Assembly (NCBI GenBank): GCA_963755915.1
Contig: CAVWLP010000002.1
Coordinates: 3,104,001 to 3,168,000 of the forward strand
Source: an uncultured Phycisphaerales bacterium
GTDB lineage: Bacteria; Planctomycetota; Phycisphaerae; Tepidisphaerales; Tepidisphaeraceae
Length of the DNA stretch: 64,000 nt
Reading direction: 5' to 3'
Below are positions 8,201-17,248 of the stretch, piece by piece. Made by a program: the position numbers and the translations under genes. How positions within the stretch are numbered: position 1 is the stretch's first letter; each line of letters begins with the position of its first letter. The notes beneath the pieces are model-generated. The model was not told the DNA's origin. It searched no databases and worked only from the letters and a program-made list of their open reading frames with translations.

Positions 8201-10278
8201 CTCGTCAGCGTTTGCTCCACCGTCACGTTCACGCTGCTATACGTCGTCGCGCTTCCATCTGTGATGGCGACCTGGAAGGTGTAATCCCCAGCTTCGTCGA
8301 AAGTGACGGTCGTGATGTCGGAAAGAACAGAGCCGTTAAGGCTGAGCGTGGGATTTGCTCCAGAAGGCTCACTCGTGGCGGACCATGTATAGGTGAGTGT
8401 CCCCAGCCCGCCCAGATCGGCGGCAACCACGGCGAGAACCGTCGTTGTCCCAGTCACCGGGTTGGGCGTAGCTGTCGCCGGCACGATCACGGTAGGGGCG
8501 GTATCGCCGACGGTGACAGATGCCGTGCCGCTGTAAAGAATGTCAGCGGTGGCGCGGACTGTTGCATTTCCAGACGCATCCGGCGAAGTGTACAGACCCG
8601 AAGTGCTCACGCTCCCCACCCCCAACGGATCGATCGACCAGGTAAACGTCGGCTGCGAGGCCATTGCGTTGCCGAACTGGTCGACTGCCGTCGCCGTAAA
8701 CTGCTGTGTTTCGTTGTAGCCGAGATTCGCGGTTGTGGGAGATACCGTAACGCTCGTCAGCGTTTGCTCGACGGTCACGTCTACGGTGCTGTCGGTGGTG
8801 GCCTCGCCGTCGGAAATGGCAACCTGAAGCAGGTAGTCGCCCGCCTCATTGAAGGTGACCGTCGTTGTGTCGGAAAGATCCGATCCGTTCAGGCTGAACG
8901 TCGGATTCGCCCCGGCCGGTGCGGTGATGGCGCTCCAGGTGTAGGTTAGATTTCCCAGCCCGCCCAGGTCGGTTGCCACGACGGCCAGTACGCTCGTGGT
9001 CGTCGTCACCGGATTGGGCACGGCAGTTGCGGGCACAGTTACACTCGGCGCCGCGTCCGTCACGGTTACATCTGAAGTCCCGCTGACCGACCCGCTTGTC
9101 GCCCGCACCACCGCCGAACCCGCCGTCGTTCCAGCAGAATATAATCCCAGGGCATCGACCGACCCCACGCCGCCCGAATCCACCGACCAGGTAAACGCCG
9201 GCCCAAGCGTCAGGGCGTTGCCAAACTGATCGTACCCCGTTGCGGTGAACAGTTGTTCCCCGTTGAAATTCAGCGAAGCCGTACTCGGAGAGACGGTGAC
9301 GGTGGTAAGCGTCTGATCCACCGTCACCGTCACCGAACTTGTGGCAAGGGAAAGTCCGTCTTGTGCCGTGACCGTAAACACGTACACACCGGATTGAGAG
9401 AATGTGGCCGTCGTGTTCTTCGCCGCGTTGGTTCCATTGGCGCTATAAGTCGGAGCGGCACTGACCGTCACCGCCAACCAGGTGTACGTGACATTCGATT
9501 CCCCCCCCGTGTCCGCCGCCAGCACGCTTAGATTTGTGGTCTTCCCGGTGACCGTTGTTGGATTTGCCGCGGCGGCTGTCTGAATAGTGACGATACCGAG
9601 GAGGTCCGCGGGATAACTGGCCAGAAGCACCGTGTTGATCGGCGGAGCGAGATCGCCGGTGCCGCCGGAATGGGCTTCCAGAATCCAGTCCCCATCCTTA
9701 CCGGTGATGTTCGTCGATCCGAAGACACCGGCGCCGGTGAGTGCGTGCAATTGATTGAGCAGGCCAAGCCCCTGAGGATCGGCGGCAAGGTCGCAGGCAA
9801 ACAGATCGATTGCCGCGCCCGGCGCGAGGTCTTTCCCCAGCGCCTGCCATAGCGGCGCCGTCGTCGGCAGCGATTGGCTGGAAATAAGATTGTCTCCAAG
9901 GTCAAACTCTCCCGCCACGCCGTGGGAAAGAACGATCACCGTCCCCACTCCACCGCCCATTTGATTGGCAACCTGGATCGTTCGCTCGAGCACGCTGGTG
10001 GCCGATTCGGTGCGCGGATCGAAAAAGATCTTCCGGGCATTTCCCAGGCTTTGGATCAAAAGCGACTGATCCGGCAGCGTCGAATCGATCAGCGCCAAAA
10101 CCGGTGGATTCGACTTCGCCTCCGGCAAGGTCGCGGCCATTTCAGCCGTCGCGTCCAAAAGCAGCCGCCTCTCCAGCGGCTCGATCCAGGGAAGGCGCGC
10201 GAAGCGCTTTCGAATCCGCTGCGAGGGCTTTCGCGTGGTCGTGATCGCTTCACAATTTTCATTGCTACGAGTTCCCAC
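5230..10278 (-). CDS. Large surface/adhesin protein: LEPRxLL motif, DUF4347-like domain, 7 PKD-like/Ig-like repeat units, Pro/Thr linker, C-terminal membrane segment
   Basis: IEPLERRLLL; LSHG...LFACDLA...GSTNITG..GDWILE (DUF4347-like); 184-aa repeats; C-terminal SSLPAWKWVDP. Confidence 0.88.
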   Translation of the reverse strand: MGTRSNENCEAITTTRKPSQRIRKRFARLPWIEPLERRLLLDATAEMAATLPEAKSNPPVLALIDSTLPDQSLLIQSLGNARKIFFDPRTESATSVLERTIQVANQMGGGVGTVIVLSHGVAGEFDLGDNLISSQSLPTTAPLWQALGKDLAPGAAIDLFACDLAADPQGLGLLNQLHALTGAGVFGSTNITGKDGDWILEAHSGGTGDLAPPINTVLLASYPADLLGIVTIQTAAAANPTTVTGKTTNLSVLAADTGGESNVTYTWLAVTVSAAPTYSANGTNAAKNTTATFSQSGVYVFTVTAQDGLSLATSSVTVTVDQTLTTVTVSPSTASLNFNGEQLFTATGYDQFGNALTLGPAFTWSVDSGGVGSVDALGLYSAGTTAGSAVVRATSGSVSGTSDVTVTDAAPSVTVPATAVPNPVTTTTSVLAVVATDLGGLGNLTYTWSAITAPAGANPTFSLNGSDLSDTTTVTFNEAGDYLLQVAISDGEATTDSTVDVTVEQTLTSVTVSPTTANLGYNETQQFTATAVDQFGNAMASQPTFTWSIDPLGVGSVSTSGLYTSPDASGNATVRATADILYSGTASVTVGDTAPTVIVPATATPNPVTGTTTVLAVVAADLGGLGTLTYTWSATSEPSGANPTLSLNGSVLSDITTVTFDEAGDYTFQVAITDGSATTYSSVNVTVEQTLTSVTVSPSTANLGYNETQQFTANALDQFGNAMATQPTFTWSIDPLGVGSVSTSGLYTSPATSGTATVRATADTLYSGTASVTVGDTPPTVIIPATATPNPVTGTTTVLTVVAADLGGLGTLTYTWSATSEPADANPSFSLNGSSLSNITTVTFNEAGDYTFQVAITDGSATTFSSVNVTVEQTLTTVTVSPTTAGLGYNQTQQFAASALDQFGNAMATQPTFTWSIDPLGVGSVSTSGLYTSPATSGNATVRATADLLYSGTASVTVGDTPPTVILPATATPNPVTGTSTLLTVVAADLGGLGTLTYTWTATSQPANANPTFSVNGSSLSDITTVIFNEAGAYTFQVAITDGNATTYSSVNVNVEQTLTTVNVTPGSASLGYRQTQQFAATALDQFGAPMATQPGFTWSIDPLGVGSVNSSGLYTAPNSTGTADVRATADSLYSALGSVAVSDTPPTVLVAATATPNPVTATTTVLAVVAVDLGGLGSLTYTWSAISAPAGADPTFSLNGSGLSDITTATFNEAGDYTFQVAITDGSATTYSSVNVTVEQTLTTVTVSPTTASLGYGQTQQFAATGLDQFGNQMATQPGFTWSIDPLGVGSVNSSGLYTAPDSAGTATVRATADTLFSGTASVTVANNVGLEIVTPATATPNPVTGTTTLLSVTATELGGVESLTYTWSATNSPNGAKPLFSSNGTDASAVTTATFDESGNYTFTVVVSDGTHTAQSSVNVVVDQTLTTVTVTPATSTVLVDGTEQFTAVALDQFGKPMTTQPAFTWSVVLPGEGTIDQNGLYTAPADPGSAVIRATADLLHSGTGIVTITAVAPTPPTNPIIPTPPINPIVPVIPTPPTTPTTPTTPTQTVTVTVQPIVVVIDPPLPTPVLLTAPGAHAGTPPVLSQANTALPVGLAAPVSASAEPVEASQSIIAAAVAVTTGIIAQLLIPGSFVASMFSSLPAWKWVDPVSILDPSRARKTKQPGKPAEEEPKLKGLLE
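5740..9600 (-). repeat. Intragenic tandem repeat, 552-bp (184-aa) period, about 7 units
   Basis: Equivalent positions at 6395, 6947, 7499, 8051 and 8603 are exactly 552 bp apart; outer boundaries approximate. Confidence 0.9.
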
Positions 10279-10572
10279 GCCTTTTTAATCGGGCATTGAT
10301 GAATCAATAATTGGCTCTTTAATTGGGTGCCCCACTGTCAGGATAATCCGCGTCTCGACGCCCGGGGATTTTCGAGTCGCCCACATTCGCAGAAGCGGGG
10401 TGCCTCAATTGTTCGTGAGTGTTGAAAGGGGAAGGTTTTGCCGCTATTTCCGACAGATATTGAGCTAACTGCAACCGTATAGTCAACGAATTGCAGAGAC
10501 CGGTCCGGCGACGAAATGTCGCTCGCCGAGGTGTGTAAGGCGAATTACATTTGAGCACGATTGTGAAAAAGC

Positions 10573-12099
10573 TCACGTATCCAGCGTCGCCGCATACGCT
10601 TGGGCCAGTTTGGAGAGGTCCGCGCAAACGTGAGCATATTTGGGGTCATTTGCGAGGTTGTTCAGTTCCAGCGGATCGGATTTCGGATCCAGGAGCATCG
10701 CCCCATTTGCGCCGTTGGGTCCAAATTCGGCATATCGAAATTCCTCGGTTCGTACAGCCACGCCATGCAGCGTTGCGCCGTCTTCGCTCCAGACCGAATA
10801 AGCGGGCTTTGTCCACATAGCATCGGGTTTGGCCAGAAGCGACGTGATGCTGGCCCCTTCGTTGCCCGCCGGCAGATCCAGACCGCACAGTTCGACGAGT
10901 GTGGCGTACAAATCCAGCGACTGCACGATCCGCGTCGAGCTTTTCCCATTTCCCGCCATTCCCGGCGCGTGAATGATCAGCGGCACGCGCGTTCCCATTT
11001 CAAACAGTGATCCCGCCTTCGACCATTTCCCTTTTTCGCCAAGCTGATACCCGTGATCCGCCAAAAAAACGATGATAGTATTCTCGCGAAGACCGAGCCG
11101 ATCCAGCTCGCCGATCACCCGGCCGATGTTCCAGTCGGTCCACGAAATCGAAGCGAGATAAGCGCGGATTACCTGCCTCGCTTCTTCCTCGCTCGCCCCG
11201 CGCCCGATGAACAGATCGGCGTTTCGCCGGCGGATCGCGGCGCTGGGAAATCCTTTTGGCACCGTCGGCCACGCCGCGAAATCCGGCGTGAGCTTGATCT
11301 TCTCCGGGTCATACCAATCGAAGAATTTCTGCGGCGCGGTGGGGGGGCTATGAGGCTTCACGAATCCGCAGGCGATGAAAAATGGCTGGTCCTTATACTT
11401 CCGAAGATTCGCGATCGTATGGTCGGCAGTGAGATAATCTCCGTGTCCTTCCCCATTGCCGTCGAGGAGGACGATGCGATCTGAATAAGCCGCGCGGGAG
11501 TTGTCGGCTGGAAGCGGCGGCAATTCGCCGTCCGGCATCGGAATCTGCTTGCGCGGGATCTGCATCGTCCGGCCGACCTGTCGATTGGTGACGTCCTCTC
11601 CCGGGGCCGCATCGCTGGTTGCGCTCCACGAGGGGGCATCGTCGATTCCGCCGTGATAAATCTTGCCGGCCCGGACCGTCGCGTATCCATTCCGCATGAA
11701 AACCTGCGGCAAAGTCGTCCAATCGGGATGGGCATCGCGGAAATAAGTTCGGTTACCCAACACGCTCGTCCGCGTCGGGTTCTTCCCGGTCAGAAGGGAT
11801 GAGCGCGACGGGTTGCACAGCGGAAACTGGCAATAATTCCGGTCGAACCTCACGCCGGCGCCCGCGAGCGCATCTAAATTCGGAGTCTTCGCCCCAAACA
11901 TCGAAGCATAACAACCGAGTTCGACCCGCATGTCGTCCGACATGAGAAACAGCACATTGGGTTTGCGCTGCGCTGGTGGATTCGGGGCTGCGGCAACCTG
12001 CCCGCGCACTGATATCGGCACAACTGCGGCAACGGTCGCAGCGGCCGCTTGTCCCAAAAATCGTCGCCGCGAAACCCCCATTGTGCTCGCCTTACGCAT
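10573..12099 (-). CDS. Cys-type S1 sulfatase (iduronate/choline sulfatase-like) with Tat signal
   Basis: SRRRFL Tat motif, SDD, CNPSRSSLLTG, GKIYH, KPH, DHG. Confidence 0.93.
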   Translation of the reverse strand: MRKASTMGVSRRRFLGQAAAATVAAVVPISVRGQVAAAPNPPAQRKPNVLFLMSDDMRVELGCYASMFGAKTPNLDALAGAGVRFDRNYCQFPLCNPSRSSLLTGKNPTRTSVLGNRTYFRDAHPDWTTLPQVFMRNGYATVRAGKIYHGGIDDAPSWSATSDAAPGEDVTNRQVGRTMQIPRKQIPMPDGELPPLPADNSRAAYSDRIVLLDGNGEGHGDYLTADHTIANLRKYKDQPFFIACGFVKPHSPPTAPQKFFDWYDPEKIKLTPDFAAWPTVPKGFPSAAIRRRNADLFIGRGASEEEARQVIRAYLASISWTDWNIGRVIGELDRLGLRENTIIVFLADHGYQLGEKGKWSKAGSLFEMGTRVPLIIHAPGMAGNGKSSTRIVQSLDLYATLVELCGLDLPAGNEGASITSLLAKPDAMWTKPAYSVWSEDGATLHGVAVRTEEFRYAEFGPNGANGAMLLDPKSDPLELNNLANDPKYAHVCADLSKLAQAYAATLDT

Positions 12100-12246
12100 G
12101 CCAAAAGCTTATTGCCTTTGATTGCCTGAATCCATATTCAGCCGCGCCGCGCCTAATACTCTTTACTTTCGCGAAAAAATGCTTTTTCCTTTTCTCCTCC
12201 AGGTCGGGGCGGCGGTGGGGGGTCTGGAGCTGTTAAGGCGATGATA

Positions 12247-13812
12247 TCAGTCTTGATCCGGCCCCAACATTTCCTTTCCAGAATTTCGCGTCCCCAGCAC
12301 CGACGCATACGCGCGCGTCAGCTTCGACAGCTCCGCGCAACGCTGGGCATATTTCGGATCGTTGGCCAGATTCTTCATCTCCAGCGGATCTGCTCTTGAG
12401 TCAAGCAGCATCGCCCCGCTGGCGCCGTCCGGCCCATATTCCGCATATCGAAATTCCTCGGTGCGCACCGCCACCCCCTGGATCGTCTTCCAGTCTTCGC
12501 TCCAAATCGAAAACGCCGGCCTGTTCCACTGGGCGTCGGGTTTGTGAAGGAGCGGAACCAGGCTTGTACCCTCGTTTCCCGCCGGCAGATTTAGGCCGCA
12601 CAGGTCGACCAGCGTGGCATACAAATCCAGGGACTGCACGATCCGCGTCGACGTTCGGCCATTCCCCGCGATCCCCGGCGCATGAATAATCAGCGGCACG
12701 CGCGTGCCCATTTCAAACAGTGACCCGGCCTTCGACCATTTCCCTTTTTCCCCGAGCTGATATCCATGATCCGCGAGGAAGACGATGATCGTGTTGTTGC
12801 GAAGTCCCTGTCGATCGAGTTCGCCGATGACCCGCCCGATATTCCAGTCGGTCCACGAAATTGAGGCGAGATAAGCGCGTATCATCTCCCTTGCCTCCTG
12901 GACGCTCGCCCCGCGCCCGACGAAGACGTCGGCATTTCGCTTGCGAATTGCCGCACTGGGAAATCCCCTGGGAACCGTCGGCCACGCCGCGAAATCGGGC
13001 GTAAGCTTGATCTTCTCCGGATCGTATAAATCGAAAAACTGCTGCGGCGCCGACGGTGGGCTGTGGGGCTTGGCGAATCCGCAGGCGATGAAAAACGGCT
13101 GGTCGCGATACTTTCTGATATTGGCGATTGTGTGCTCGGCCGTGAGATAGTCACTGTGACTTTCGCCGTCTCCATCAAGGATCACGATTCGGTCCGAATA
13201 GGCCACGCGGGGCCTGTCCGCCGCCAGCGCCGGCCAATCCCCTTTGGGCATCGGAATCCGCGCCCGCGGAATCTGCAGCGTCCTGCCCACGCCCCTGTCG
13301 ATAATTATCTCCGGCAGGCCCACATCGCTTGTCACGTTCCACGACGGGACATCGTCAATTCCCCCGTGAAAAATCTTCCCGGCTCGTACCGTCACATATC
13401 CGCTGTGCATGAACACCTGGGGCAGAGTCGTCCAATCGGGATGCGCTTTGCGAAAATTAGTGCGATTGTCCAGCACGCGGGTTCTGGTCGGATTCTTCCC
13501 CGTCAGAAGCGACGATCGCGAGGGATTACAGAGGGGAAACTGGCAGAAATTGCGGTCGAACCTTACACCGGCGCCGGCCAGCGCATCCAGGTTCGGCGTC
13601 CTGGCCCCAAACATGGAGCCGTAACAGCCCAGCTCCACCCGCATATCGTCCGACATGATAAAGAGCACGTTGGGCCGTCTCGGCTCCGGGGGATTCGGCG
13701 TCATCACAAACTGCGGCCGCATCACCTGGGGAATCGCCGCGGCAACCGTCGCCGCCGCCATCTGTTCCAAAAACTGGCGTCGCGATGGTCCGGTTGTGCT
13801 CGTTCTAGTCAT
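12247..13812 (-). CDS. Cys-type S1 sulfatase, tandem paralog, Tat-like signal
   Basis: SRRQFL, CNPSRSSLLTG; long identical stretches with 10573-12099. Confidence 0.93.
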   Translation of the reverse strand: MTRTSTTGPSRRQFLEQMAAATVAAAIPQVMRPQFVMTPNPPEPRRPNVLFIMSDDMRVELGCYGSMFGARTPNLDALAGAGVRFDRNFCQFPLCNPSRSSLLTGKNPTRTRVLDNRTNFRKAHPDWTTLPQVFMHSGYVTVRAGKIFHGGIDDVPSWNVTSDVGLPEIIIDRGVGRTLQIPRARIPMPKGDWPALAADRPRVAYSDRIVILDGDGESHSDYLTAEHTIANIRKYRDQPFFIACGFAKPHSPPSAPQQFFDLYDPEKIKLTPDFAAWPTVPRGFPSAAIRKRNADVFVGRGASVQEAREMIRAYLASISWTDWNIGRVIGELDRQGLRNNTIIVFLADHGYQLGEKGKWSKAGSLFEMGTRVPLIIHAPGIAGNGRTSTRIVQSLDLYATLVDLCGLNLPAGNEGTSLVPLLHKPDAQWNRPAFSIWSEDWKTIQGVAVRTEEFRYAEYGPDGASGAMLLDSRADPLEMKNLANDPKYAQRCAELSKLTRAYASVLGTRNSGKEMLGPDQD

Positions 13813-14026
13813 TCAAAAAGCTTCCCTCTTTTCCCCGCCTCTGGGTTATTGTCGGCAAATCCAGTCTTTCTACTTTTCGAGTTTCCTCCGTTTTACTCTC
13901 ACACGCAGCGCGGGCGAAGGTTGCGGTGGCCGGGGACCCCCCCGGCGGCTATGGATTCTAATATGGCTGGATTATCTCTACTTATCTCCACGTGTACCGC
14001 CATTGAAAGCATATAATCTCCCGCCG

Positions 14027-15256
14027 ATGCCTCCGTTTCATGTCCTCGCCAAGCCGATTGGCCCGATCTGCAACCTCGATTGCAGGTACTGCTTCTATCT
14101 CGAAAAGGAGCACCTCTATCCGCAGGAGCGGAAATGGGCCATGCCGCCGGAGGTGCTGGAGAGTTTTATCCGGCAATACATCGAGGCCCAAGAGGCAGAG
14201 GAAATTTATTTCGCCTGGCAGGGCGGGGAACCGACGCTGCTTGGCGTCGAGTTCTTCCAAACGGTGGTCGAGCTTCAGCGTAAATACGCCGGCGGCAAGA
14301 CGATTCACAACGCGCTGCAAACCAACGGCACGCTGCTGGAGGATCACTGGTGCCAGTTCCTTCGCGAGCACGATTTTCTCATTGGATTGTCCATCGACGG
14401 CCCGGCTGATCTGCACGACGTCTATCGTGTCGACAAAAATGGGCGGGCGAGCTTCGATGCCGTCATGCGCGGTCTGCGCTTCATCCAGAAGCACGGCGTA
14501 CAGTTCAATACCCTCACGGTCGTCCACCGCTTAAACGCGAAAGAGCCGCTGAAAGTTTACGAATTCCTCAAGTCCGTCGGCAGCAGCTTCATTCAGTTCA
14601 TCCCGGTGGTCGAGCGACTGGCGCAAACCACAAACCTCACCATCCGCGGGCTCGATTTCGCCGAACCTCCTGTCGCGGGCGAGAATGGCGCGCACGCTTC
14701 GGTCACTCCCTGGTCGGTCGATCCGATCGACTATGGGAACTTCCTGTGCCAGATTTTCGATTGCTGGGTTCGGCGCAACGTGGGAGAGGTTTTTGTGCAA
14801 CATTTCGACGTTGCGCTTTCCAACTGGCTCGGGTTGGGATCACCGTTGTGCGTGTTTGCCGAGAAATGCGGCTCCGCGCTGGCGATCGAGCATAATGGGG
14901 ATCTTTATTCGTGCGATCATTATGTCTATCCGCGCTATAAGCTTGGGAACGTGGTGGACGATTCGCTGGCCGAGATGACGCAGTCGCCGGCCCAGCGGAA
15001 ATTCGGTTCTGACAAGTTCGACTCTCTGCCGGGATATTGCCGGCAGTGCGAGGTTCGGTTTGCGTGCAATGGGGAGTGTCCGAAACATCGCTTCGCCAAA
15101 ACGCCGGATGGGGAAGAGGGGCTGAATTATCTTTGTCCGGCGTACAAACAATTTTTCAATCACATCGATCCATTTATGCGGCGGATGGGCCAACTGCTGA
15201 ATGAGGGGCGGCCTGCTTCGGATATCATGGAGACGCTGCATCCTGGCGAAGACTAG
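14027..15256 (+). CDS. Anaerobic sulfatase maturase (radical SAM/SPASM, anSME family)
   Basis: CNLDCRYC, WQGGEP, SPASM cysteines CVFAEKC/CDH/CRQC..CNGECPK; start set at MPPFHVLAKP, TATAAT at 14012-14017. Confidence 0.93.
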   Translation: MPPFHVLAKPIGPICNLDCRYCFYLEKEHLYPQERKWAMPPEVLESFIRQYIEAQEAEEIYFAWQGGEPTLLGVEFFQTVVELQRKYAGGKTIHNALQTNGTLLEDHWCQFLREHDFLIGLSIDGPADLHDVYRVDKNGRASFDAVMRGLRFIQKHGVQFNTLTVVHRLNAKEPLKVYEFLKSVGSSFIQFIPVVERLAQTTNLTIRGLDFAEPPVAGENGAHASVTPWSVDPIDYGNFLCQIFDCWVRRNVGEVFVQHFDVALSNWLGLGSPLCVFAEKCGSALAIEHNGDLYSCDHYVYPRYKLGNVVDDSLAEMTQSPAQRKFGSDKFDSLPGYCRQCEVRFACNGECPKHRFAKTPDGEEGLNYLCPAYKQFFNHIDPFMRRMGQLLNEGRPASDIMETLHPGED

Positions 15257-15560
15257 TGAAGCACGCGGTGCTTTGCCTTCGGGTTGGATTTGAGGATTCC
15301 GTCGGTTGGAGTCGTCGCGTCGGTGATGCCGGCGGTCGGATTTGTAATTGTTGTTGCGACGGGGAATGCGGGCGCTTCGACAATTGCCGCGACGGCCGGA
15401 AGGGTAACCCCCTGGCCAAAGTTCGCAGAGAGGGCCGAGAAATCGGAGCCATTTACCGTGCCATCGAGATTGGCGTCGCCGAGTAGCGTGTACTTCAGCT
15501 CGATTTCGCCGCGGGAGAGGCCGGCGACGTTGTGGGTACCATCGGCGCAGTCGGCCCAGC
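15253..15560 (-). pseudogene. 5'-truncated remnant of a dockerin-like secreted protein
   Basis: VAGLSRGEIELKYTLLGDANLDGTVNGSDFSALSANFGQG matches the C-terminal module of the proteins at 56.8-62.8 kb; N-terminus absent. Confidence 0.75.
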
Positions 15561-15775
15561 GGTCATTCGACATTACCACCAGGGACCTGGCATCTGTCAG
15601 CCAGCCCGGAACCGATTTTTTCGGAATTCATGTCTCAAATGGCGGCAAAGTCATGATTTTCGCCGGGGGCATCCCGTTGAAACGTGGAAATGAAGTCGTC
15701 GGAGCCATTGGCGTAAGCGGGGGATCAGGTGAACAGGATCATGCCGTCGCGGAAGCTGGCGCCAAGGCGATTTAA
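15560..15775 (+). pseudogene. 5'-truncated GlcG/PduO-like heme-binding protein
   Basis: FAGGIPL...VGAIGVSGGSGEQDHAVAEAG; N-terminal half absent. Confidence 0.75.
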
Positions 15776-15839
15776 ATCGCCCAACATTAACGCGCGATCC
15801 GGCGCGGCTATGCCCACCGGATAACATCCCACGGGACGA

Positions 15840-17036
15840 TCATGCCGCGATCATTCCATGCGGATCGATAACGAATTTCTTGGCGGCGCCTTTGTCAAAA
15901 TCCTTGTATCCGCGGGGCGCTTCGTCCAGCGTGATTGTGGTGACATTAACCGCCTTGGCGATTTTGATCTTGTCGTGAAGTATGCACTGCATCAATTGAC
16001 GGTTGTATTTCATCACCGGGCATTGACCTGTGTGAAAGCTGTGGCTTTTTGCCCAACCTAAACCAATCCGGATTCCGAGGTTGCCGATCTTTGCATTCTC
16101 GTCGATTCCACCTGGATCGCCGGTGACGTAAAGGCCGGGAATCCCCAGCGAGCCGCCGGCGCGCGTCACTTCCATGATCGAATTTAGCACGGTTGCCGGC
16201 CGCTCGACTTTGGCGTCCTTGCCCTGCCCATGCGCCTCGAATCCAACGCAGTCTACCGAACAATCCACTTCCGGAACCCCGACGATTTGCTCGATCTGCT
16301 GGGCCAGAGTCGCGTCCTTTTTCAAATCAACGGTTTCGCATCCGAATGACTTGGCTTGTTTCAACCGCTCTGGAATCAGGTCCCCCACGATGACCACCGC
16401 GGCGCCCAGAAGATGGCACGCTGCGGCACACGCCAGGCCGACTGGTCCCGCGCCCGCGACATACACCACGACGCCGGGACCGACGCCCGCCGTCACCGCC
16501 CCGTGATAGCCGGTCGGGAAAATATCGCTCAGCAGCGTCAGATCCTTTATTTTCTCCATCGCCTGATCTTTATCGGGGAATTTCAGCAGGTTGAAATCCG
16601 CATAGGGAACCATCACATATTCCGCCTGCCCGCCAACCCATCCGCCCATATCGACATAACCGTAGGCGGCGCCTGGGCGGGACGTATTCACGTTCAAGCA
16701 GATTCCCGTGCGTCCTTCCTTGCAATTGCGACACCGCCCGCAGGCAATGTTAAACGGCACGGAAACGATATCGCCCTTCCGAATGAACTCGACGTCGCGG
16801 CCCGTCTCAATAACTTCTCCGGTTATCTCGTGGCCAAGCACAAGTCCGGATGGAGCGGTCGTGCGGCCGCGCACCATGTGCTGGTCAGAGCCGCAGATGT
16901 TCGTCGAGACGATCTTGAGAATAACGCCATGTTCGATTTTTCGTTTCGTCACCGGGCTAAACAGCTTGGGAAAATCAATGCTTTGAACTTTCACTTCTCC
17001 AGCTTTAATGAAAGCCACGCCGCGGTTAGAAGCCAT
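15840..17036 (-). CDS. fdhA: Glutathione-independent formaldehyde dehydrogenase
   Basis: TNICGSDQHMVRGRT, GHE, CGRCRNCKEG..C, LSDIFPTG, GWAKSH, KFVIDPH; GAGGGAG RBS. Confidence 0.92.
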   Translation of the reverse strand: MASNRGVAFIKAGEVKVQSIDFPKLFSPVTKRKIEHGVILKIVSTNICGSDQHMVRGRTTAPSGLVLGHEITGEVIETGRDVEFIRKGDIVSVPFNIACGRCRNCKEGRTGICLNVNTSRPGAAYGYVDMGGWVGGQAEYVMVPYADFNLLKFPDKDQAMEKIKDLTLLSDIFPTGYHGAVTAGVGPGVVVYVAGAGPVGLACAAACHLLGAAVVIVGDLIPERLKQAKSFGCETVDLKKDATLAQQIEQIVGVPEVDCSVDCVGFEAHGQGKDAKVERPATVLNSIMEVTRAGGSLGIPGLYVTGDPGGIDENAKIGNLGIRIGLGWAKSHSFHTGQCPVMKYNRQLMQCILHDKIKIAKAVNVTTITLDEAPRGYKDFDKGAAKKFVIDPHGMIAA

Positions 17037-17180
17037 AGTGATTACTCCCTCAAAAAGGATTGACGAGCGCACATTCCCGCACGGCCGAACCAATTTTTCC
17101 TCCGCCGCGCGCTAAGAATTCATTGTTGAATTCTTCGTAAAATCGTACCTCCAAAGACCCGACCCGACAAACGAAACTGC

Positions 17181-17197
17181 TGTTCAATAATTGAACA
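17181..17197. promoter_or_regulatory. Palindromic operator candidate upstream of fdhA
   Basis: TGTTCAA-TAA-TTGAACA with perfect 7-bp arms in intergenic DNA. Confidence 0.5.
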
Positions 17198-17248
17198 AAG
17201 CCGCGACGCCAATTCATGCTCGGCGATCCCGGCGCAAAGACATTCGGT

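Noticed and set aside
5740-9600. CRISPR or DGR-like repeat
   Set aside because: Repeats are in-frame protein domains; no spacers, cas genes or reverse transcriptase seen
13655-14026. N-terminal extension of the sulfatase maturase in the ORF track
   Set aside because: Overlaps the divergent sulfatase; family similarity starts at MPPFHVLAKP (14027)
17040-17110. sigma54 promoter for fdhA
   Set aside because: The best GG/GC pair has 9-nt rather than 10-nt spacing and poor consensus
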